From Octopus vulgaris (lineage: Eukaryota): a stretch of 64,000 nucleotides of DNA. The stretch is taken from assembly GCA_951406725.2 (NCBI GenBank), contig OX597832.1, positions 54,560,001 through 54,624,000 of the forward strand, read 5' to 3'. Below are positions 58,386 to 64,000 of the stretch, one piece after another. Numbering within the stretch: position 1 is the stretch's first letter; each line of letters starts with the position of its first letter. The notes beneath the pieces are model-generated. The model worked only from the letters and a program-made list of their open reading frames with translations, was not told the origin of the DNA and searched no databases. Made by a program: the position numbers and the translations under genes.

Positions 58386-58712
58386 GTTCATGGTTTGGTG
58401 GTTAGGGTATTCGACTCACGATTCGTAAGGACGTGAGTTCGATTCCCAGCGACGTATTATGCTCCTGGGCAAAATCCTTTGTTTCGTGTTGCTCCAGTTC
58501 ACTCAAATATCAAAAAGGAGTAATACCTGTATTTATTTCAAAAAGGTCAGCCATTATCTCATTCTGTGTCACGCGGAATCTCCCTGAGAGCTACGTTAAA
58601 GGCACGCGAGTCTGTGGAGTACTCAGCCACTTGCACCTTAATTTCACGAGCAGGCTGTTTCGTTGATCGGACCAACTGAACCCTCGTCGTCGCAACCGAC
58701 GGAGTGCCTCAG
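58386..58712 (+). mobile_element. Old SINE-D-related element
   Basis: tRNA-like head tggtttggtggttaggg...gagttcgattccc followed by ttgctccagttcactca. Confidence 0.6.
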
Positions 58713-58870
58713 CCAACCAACTTTCTGTTGTTGTTGTTGTTGCTGTTGTCGTTGTTGTTGTAATTATTGTTGTCACTTCTTTATTTGTTGTTGTTTCTTC
58801 TGTTCTTGCCATTGATGTAATCATTAGAATTATTTATTGCTGCTCGTGTTGTGGCTGTCGTTGTTGCTGT

Positions 58871-59574
58871 CTTCTTCTTCTTCTTCTTCTTCTTCTTCTT
58901 CTTCTTCTTCTTCTTCTTCTTCTTCTTCTTCTTCTTCTTCTTCTTCTTCTTCTTCTTCTTCTTCTTCTTCTTCTTCTTCTTCTTCTTCTTCTTCTTCTTC
59001 TTCTTCTTCTTCTTCTTCTTCTTCTTCTTCTTCTTCTTCTTCTTCTTCTTCTTCTTCTTCTTCTTCTTCTTCTTCTTCTTCTTCTTCTTCTTCTTCTTCC
59101 AATCAGGACTCACGCCATTAGCCACAAAGAATAATCTCTAATTCGAGCCTACTCTAAGCTACTAAGAATGCGTGTGGCAACTTGAAGATCCACCCACCAC
59201 ACGCGATAGACTGGCGGTTGCACGGGTGCGAAAGCTACGTTGTTACACTCATTCCGTAAACGGTGGCCCCTTCTTAACGGGCGGAGAGCTGAACTATCCT
59301 GGGGTACAGAGGATTCCCAATCTAGACTAGGGTCTGAAAGTTTACCACACCATAGTGGATTACACCATGGTGCCTCTGTTTTGTGACAGAAGTAGGAAGA
59401 AAGAGTGAGAGAAAGTTGTGGTGAAAGAGTACAGCGGGGTTCACCACTAACCCCCGCGGGATCCTTGTGGAACTTAGGTGTTTTTGCTCAATAAACACTC
59501 ACAATGCCCGCTCTGGGAATCGAAACCGCGTTCTTACGACCGCGAGTTCCTAACCACTGGGCCATTGCGTCTCC
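58871..59574 (-). mobile_element. SINE-C (tail type 3), second copy with ~230 bp of (GAA)n
   Basis: Aligns end to end with 47225-47703. Confidence 0.88.
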
Positions 59575-60248
59575 ATTGCCGCTGTCGTCGTCGTCGTCGT
59601 CGTTGTTGTTGTTATTTTTGTTGTTCTTGTACTTGTTACCATCGTTCTAAGTAATAAGCAGGATCTAATCAGACCATTTTAATGGTCCGCTGAAAGGAAT
59701 GATTGGCAGACATTTCAAAGAGCGTGTCTGTCAAACTGCATCCATCACATCTATTTTGGTAAAGACGGAAGCAGCTCTTGGAGAAAAACCGAATAAAGAC
59801 TTAGAATAAAATCGGAGGAAGGAATAGAGCAATGGCTGGCACGAATTGCTGAGAGGCTCACAGAGGCTTAAAAGCTCACTTGATATGGATACGATTTGAC
59901 CAGGTTTCGATTTTATACATAATTCTCAATCCCGATGTTGTTGTTGTTGTTATTATCATTATTATTATTGTTGTTGTTGTTGTTGTTTTATTTACTTTTT
60001 TTATGATGAGATTAAACCTTCCCGAATTACAAGTAAGCAAGAAATTGCAAGACTTGCCGGAAATCTGGAGATAGATAAGTTATACATACGTACATACATG
60101 CATGCATACATACATACATAGTTACATACATATATACATACATACATGCATGCATACATACAAACACACATGCATACATGCATACACACACATAATACTT
60201 GTTCAACGATTAGCACATGATATACATATCCATACATACAATTATATA

Positions 60249-60323
<75 letters not shown>

Positions 60324-60361
60324 ATACATAAATACATATATATATATACATACATGCATAC

Positions 60362-60392
<31 letters not shown>

Positions 60393-60437
60393 TACATACA
60401 TACATATAAATATATATATATATATGTATGTATGTAT

Positions 60438-60588
60438 TGGCTGTGTGATAAGTAGCTTGCTTACCATCCATATGGTTTGGGGTTCAGTCCCACTGTGTGG
60501 CACCTTGGGCAAGTGTCTTCTACTATCGCCTCAGCCGACCAAAGCTTTGTAGATAGATTTGGTAGACGGAAACTGTTAGAAGCCCGTC

Positions 60589-60654
<66 letters not shown>

Positions 60655-60915
60655 GTATGTGTGTGTGTGTGTGCCTGTGTCTGTGTGTATGTATGTATAT
60701 GTGTGTGTGTGTGTGTATCTGTTTCTGTGTGTTTGTCCCCCTAACATCGCTTGACAGCCGATCTTAGTGTGTTCACGTCACTGTAAATAAGCGGTTCGGC
60801 AAACGAGACCAATAGAATAAGTCCTGGGGTTGATTTGCATGACTAAAGCTGGTGCTCCAGCATGGTCGCAGTCAAATGACTGAAACAAAAATTAAGAATA
60901 AAAGAATAAAAGAAC
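60438..60915 (+). mobile_element. SINE-A, near full length
   Basis: Head, core, microsatellite and tail. Confidence 0.88.
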
Positions 60916-60931
60916 ATATATATACATATAC

Positions 60932-61748
60932 ACAGTGCGATGGGTATATTGTCGCCATTTTATATTTTCAATTTCGCGCATGCGCAATGTTTGTTTATGG
61001 TTTTGTTGATCACACAGTATAGTAGGTACAGTTGGGTACCGTCTGTGTGAAAGGCAGCATTATGACGCAATTCACTCTGCCAGAATTTTGGAGACAGCAT
61101 GCTGTATTGCTTGACATTCGCGCCGGAAGCTCCAATACGAACATTTCAGAGTCTTCGGGTGTCAATCTGAAGACATGCACCAAGAGTGATGCAAATCAAA
61201 CATCCAGTCAACATCCTGGTGTTTGGAGGGATCACTAATGATGGGCACGTTATGCCTCCATTCATCTTCCTGCACGGTCTCAGACTACATCAAATGCCAA
61301 GAGGGGGTAGTGCAGCTGTGGGTCAAGAGGAATCTTCACCATGCCACACAAGCAGGAGAACCCAATCGTGGCTGTCAGGCAATTTCTGCAACCACATCAC
61401 CCCTAACATCTGGCCACCTAACTCCCCAGACTGCAACCGCTTGGTTATTATGTGTGGGGCGCAGTTGAGACCAACAAAACTCCTTTTAACACCAAAGATG
61501 AACTGAAGGCAAAGATTATGGCAGCATTCACCACCTTAAACATGGAGACTGTCCAGAAGAGCTGCATGAGGTTCCGAAATCGTCTGGAGGGTGTGGTTGA
61601 AGCCAATGGCGATTTTATTGAATAAATTTACTCTTTAGTATTTCAAGATATTTTTATGCAGTTTTGGTAACTATATCCATTAAAATGAGATATCAGTGTT
61701 ACTTTCATTTTTGCGTAATTTTGACAATAGTTTATTCACCGCACCCAG
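60932..61748 (+). pseudogene. Internally deleted Tc1/mariner-superfamily element (maT/DD37D-like)
   Basis: KHPVNILVFGGITNDGHVMPPFIF and PCHTSRRTQSWL...WPPNSPDCN; decayed inverted ends (gtgcgatgggtatattgtc and gacaatagtttattcaccgcac). Confidence 0.82.
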
Positions 61749-61789
61749 ATATCGAGAAAGAGACAGACACATATACATACACATATACA

Positions 61790-62043
61790 TGTGTGTGTGT
61801 GTGTGTGTGTGTCTGTGTATCTATGTATATGTGTGTGTGTGTGTTTGTTCCCCCAACATCACTTGACGACCGATGCTGGTGTGTCTACGTCCCCGTAATT
61901 TAGCGGCTCGGCAAGAGAGACCGATAGAATAAGTACTAGGCTTACAACGAATAAATCCTGGGGTCGATTTGCTCGACTAAAGGCGGTGCTCCAGCATGGC
62001 CGCAGTCAAATGACTAAAACGAGTAAAAGAGTAAAAGAGAGTA
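61790..62043 (+). mobile_element. SINE-A 3' half
   Basis: Match from the internal microsatellite to the tail. Confidence 0.88.
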
Positions 62044-62060
62044 TGACATACATACATACA

Positions 62061-62094
<34 letters not shown>

Positions 62095-62602
62095 CATACA
62101 TAAACGCATACATATATGTCCATATGAACATATCTATATAATGATTAATGTTATAACTATATTGTTTTCCTAATCTAATTAATATTGTCCTGAAACAGAC
62201 AATATTCTTCGAATACCCAAACAATGGGCTTTTAAGACCGGGTTTTGGAAACAGCCGATCACGTTGCTATGATACACTTCCCAAGAACTTTCAGGAAATG
62301 TCTATAAGCAGAGAACATATTGTTCGTTGTTTATCGATAGCTTTCTCTAAAATGTCAATGAAACTTACTTCCTGCAGGTATTAAATTTAGCTGAATGCAA
62401 AGAGAATAAGGAAACGTATTTACATCTGTTTTATTTTTTACAGCATGCCGTTAAATGTTGTCGTCCAAGTCGTTAGATTCGCTGCTGATATATCCATCAA
62501 TATCTTTCTGGGTTTTCTTTCACACGTTTTGGAATTCGATCTTGAGGTAGCAACGCGATATTTCTAATAGTACGCGGGCTATTGTGAAATTAGTAAAATG
62601 CC

Positions 62603-63197
62603 GGCGAGCTGGCAGAAACGTTAGCACGCCGGGCAAAATGCTTAGCGGTATTTCTTCTGCCGTTACGTTCTGAGTCAAATTCCGCCGAGGTTGACATTGC
62701 CTTTCATCCTTTCGGGGCCGATTAAATAAGTACCAGTTACGCACTGGAGTCGATATAATCGACTTAATCTGTTTGTCTGTCCTTGTTTGTCCTCTCTGTG
62801 TTTAGCCCCTTGTGGGATGTAAAGAAATAGGTATTTCGTCTGCCGTTACATTCAGAGTTCAAATTCAACCGAAGTTGACTTTGCCTTTCATCCTTTCGGG
62901 GTCGATAAATTAAGTATCAGTTACGCACTGGGGTCGATGTAATCGACTTAATCCGTTTGTCTGTCCTTGTTTGTCCCCTCTGTGTTTAGCCCCTTGTGGG
63001 TAATAAAGAAATAGGTATTTCGTCTGCCGTTACGTTCTGAGTTCAAATTCAACCGAGGTTGACTTTGCCTTCCATCATTTCGGGGTCGATAAATTAAGTA
63101 CCAGTTACGCACTGGGGTCGATATAATCGACTTAATCCGTTTGCCTGTCCTTGTTTGTCCCCTCTATGTTTAGCCCTCTGGGCAATAAAGAAATAAG
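62603..63197 (+). mobile_element. SINE-B trimer
   Basis: Head plus three bodies (later starts at 62831 and 63015, 184-bp period); imperfect flanking direct repeat at 62586-62603 and 63197-63214. Confidence 0.92.
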
Positions 63198-63339
63198 AAA
63201 ATAATTAAATGCCGTTTGTGTGAAATACTAGACGTACACAATGGGGGAGCCTGTCTTATATGTGTGTGCGTGTGTGTGTGCGTGTGTATGTGTGTGCGTG
63301 TGTGTGTATGTTGGGGTGTATGTGTATGAATGTATGTGT

Positions 63340-63798
63340 ATATGTGTGTGTTTGTCCGCCATCCTGAACGACAGCCGGCGCTGGTTTGTTCATGTCCCCG
63401 TAAAATAGCGGTTCGGCAAAAGAGAACGATAGAATAAGTACCAGTCCTGTCTTTTAAAAAAATGTAAGTACTGGGGTCGATTTCTTCGTCTTAACCTTTC
63501 AAGGGGTGTTCCAGCATGGCCGCGATCTAATGAGTGAAATGAGTAACAAGTAAAAGACACAAGAGGAATTTCAATCAAATAGACCTATGATCAAATACAT
63601 TCCACCTGTGACCTCTCCGTTTATTTTAGGACTACATTTTCTAATGTTCTCTTTACATTAGGCGAACCGTGAAAGGTAACCCCCTAGAAGCCCCCAGAGA
63701 TATATCTTATACTTGTTCTTTTGGTCTTTTATTTGTTTCAGTCATTTGACTACGGCCATGCAAATCGACCCCAGGACTTATTCTGAAAGAAGCTCGTC

Positions 63799-63869
<71 letters not shown>

Positions 63870-63875
63870 GTGTGT

Positions 63876-63937
<62 letters not shown>

Positions 63938-64000
63938 ATGTGTGTGACTATGTTTGTGTGTCTGTGTTTGTCCCCCCCCCTACATCATCGCTTGACAACC
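63340..64000. mobile_element. SINE-A fragments (63340-63560 +, 63725-63783 -, 63784-64000 +)
   Basis: Partial matches to SINE-A. Confidence 0.7.

Noticed and set aside
62362-62420. Possible 22-nt minus-strand microexon (pyrimidine tract, cag ... gtaagt)
   Set aside because: Not a multiple of three and no partner exons found in the window.

Overview
This is eukaryotic, AT-rich DNA saturated with microsatellites. The repeat families point to a cephalopod (octopus-like) intergenic or intronic region; that assignment is inference. I found no intact host protein-coding gene, rRNA, true tRNA or CRISPR array, and nearly all long ORFs are translated simple repeats. The real content is mobile DNA. 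It includes about 35 copies of at least four tRNA-derived SINE types (labelled A-D here), two R4/Dong-like non-LTR 3' ends inside (TAA)n, two Tx1/L1-like 3' ends inside (TATC)n, an RTE 3' end and a Penelope GIY-YIG remnant. It also holds a Helitron Rep/Pif1-helicase relic, four Tc1/mariner relics and MITEs. The most interesting signals are four. (1) A five-copy retro-element family carries a minimal hammerhead-ribozyme fold with a non-canonical CUGUNGA core, and other hammerhead motifs sit in elements next to (TA)n. (2) A multimeric SINE has distinct internal and terminal 184-bp units, and its 3' tail matches the Tx1-like element. (3) A ~490-bp non-coding element sits in (TAA)n between the two Dong-like ends. 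(4) Fold-back hairpins abut (TA)n tracts. All family names come from motif recognition, not from database searches, and boundaries are approximate unless TIR or TSD coordinates are given.
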